A stretch of DNA of 64,000 nucleotides from Chloroflexota bacterium (GTDB lineage Bacteria; Chloroflexota; Limnocylindria; P2-11E), in assembly GCA_005882255.1 (NCBI GenBank), contig VBEZ01000124.1:69953-133952 (forward strand), written 5' to 3'. Each line of letters starts with the position of its first letter. The stretch's first letter is position 1. The notes beneath the pieces are model-generated. The model saw nothing but the letters and a program-made list of their open reading frames with translations, ran no database searches and was not told the DNA's origin. A program made the position numbers and the translations under genes. Positions 63,934 to 64,000 of this stretch are shown here, piece after piece.

Positions 63934-64000
63934 GTCTATTACTTCAACCTTTCTTTTCATTCAGCGCGCTCGCCATGTGGGCGATCCGCTGGAGGACAGT

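Overview
This is a high-GC (about 70%) bacterial chromosomal window containing the replication-origin neighbourhood. The gene content is actinobacterial in type (PknB/PstP-like pair, DciA, Jag, ssrA with no encoded CCA), and the order is rearranged from the usual one. Coordinates come from ORF-track arithmetic; hand-placed sites may be off by 1-2 nt. Six-frame ORFs that I judged to be opposite-strand shadows are not listed as features.

**Origin region**
- A parA-parB-gyrB-(hotdog thioesterase)-gyrA block lies at 1.1-8.5 kb. GyrA carries a 157-aa mini-intein at its active site.
- About 20 kb further on, rpmH-rnpA-yidD-yidC-jag lie on the minus strand, divergent from dnaA-dnaN/recF-dciA on the plus strand.
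- The dnaA-dnaN spacer holds three phased DnaA boxes, so oriC sits here.
- Between the two blocks are ftsE-ftsX with an M23 coiled-coil peptidase, smpB, a MarR-MFS efflux pair, ssrA (tmRNA, minus strand, about 20410-20760) and assorted transporters.

**Downstream of the origin**
- A transmembrane pseudo-PP2C with an extracellular beta-propeller, followed by a rhomboid protease and a BFN/DUF151 nuclease-like gene.
- The most unusual locus: a GT2 polyprenyl-phosphate sugar synthase divergent from a GT-C membrane protein that is translationally coupled to a 1197-aa chimeric membrane glycosyltransferase. That protein has tandem GT-C modules with a PMT-type DE loop interrupted by a roughly 300-aa propeller-like insert. 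It is convergent with a PASTA Ser/Thr kinase (non-RD, HCD motif) and a PstP-like PP2C.
- opcA-zwf-gnd (gnd frameshifted in a G-run) next to tkt, a sensor-kinase-like gene and an FGGY sugar kinase.
- lemA-htpX followed by a propeller membrane protein, then a tandem roughly 40-nt hairpin-repeat element, then a CoA-transferase and a crotonase.
- An MBL hydrolase, an OppBC/SBP set with no ATPases in view, and an inositol-lipid (PIM-like) cluster: ino1, two LPLAT acyltransferases, a PHP phosphatase and a GT4.

**Assembly caveat**
- Three things suggest indel errors in the assembly, or real gene decay: DnaN-RecF read as one in-frame ORF, GT4 reading through into the SBP, and the gnd frameshift.

No CRISPR array, integrase or transposase was seen.
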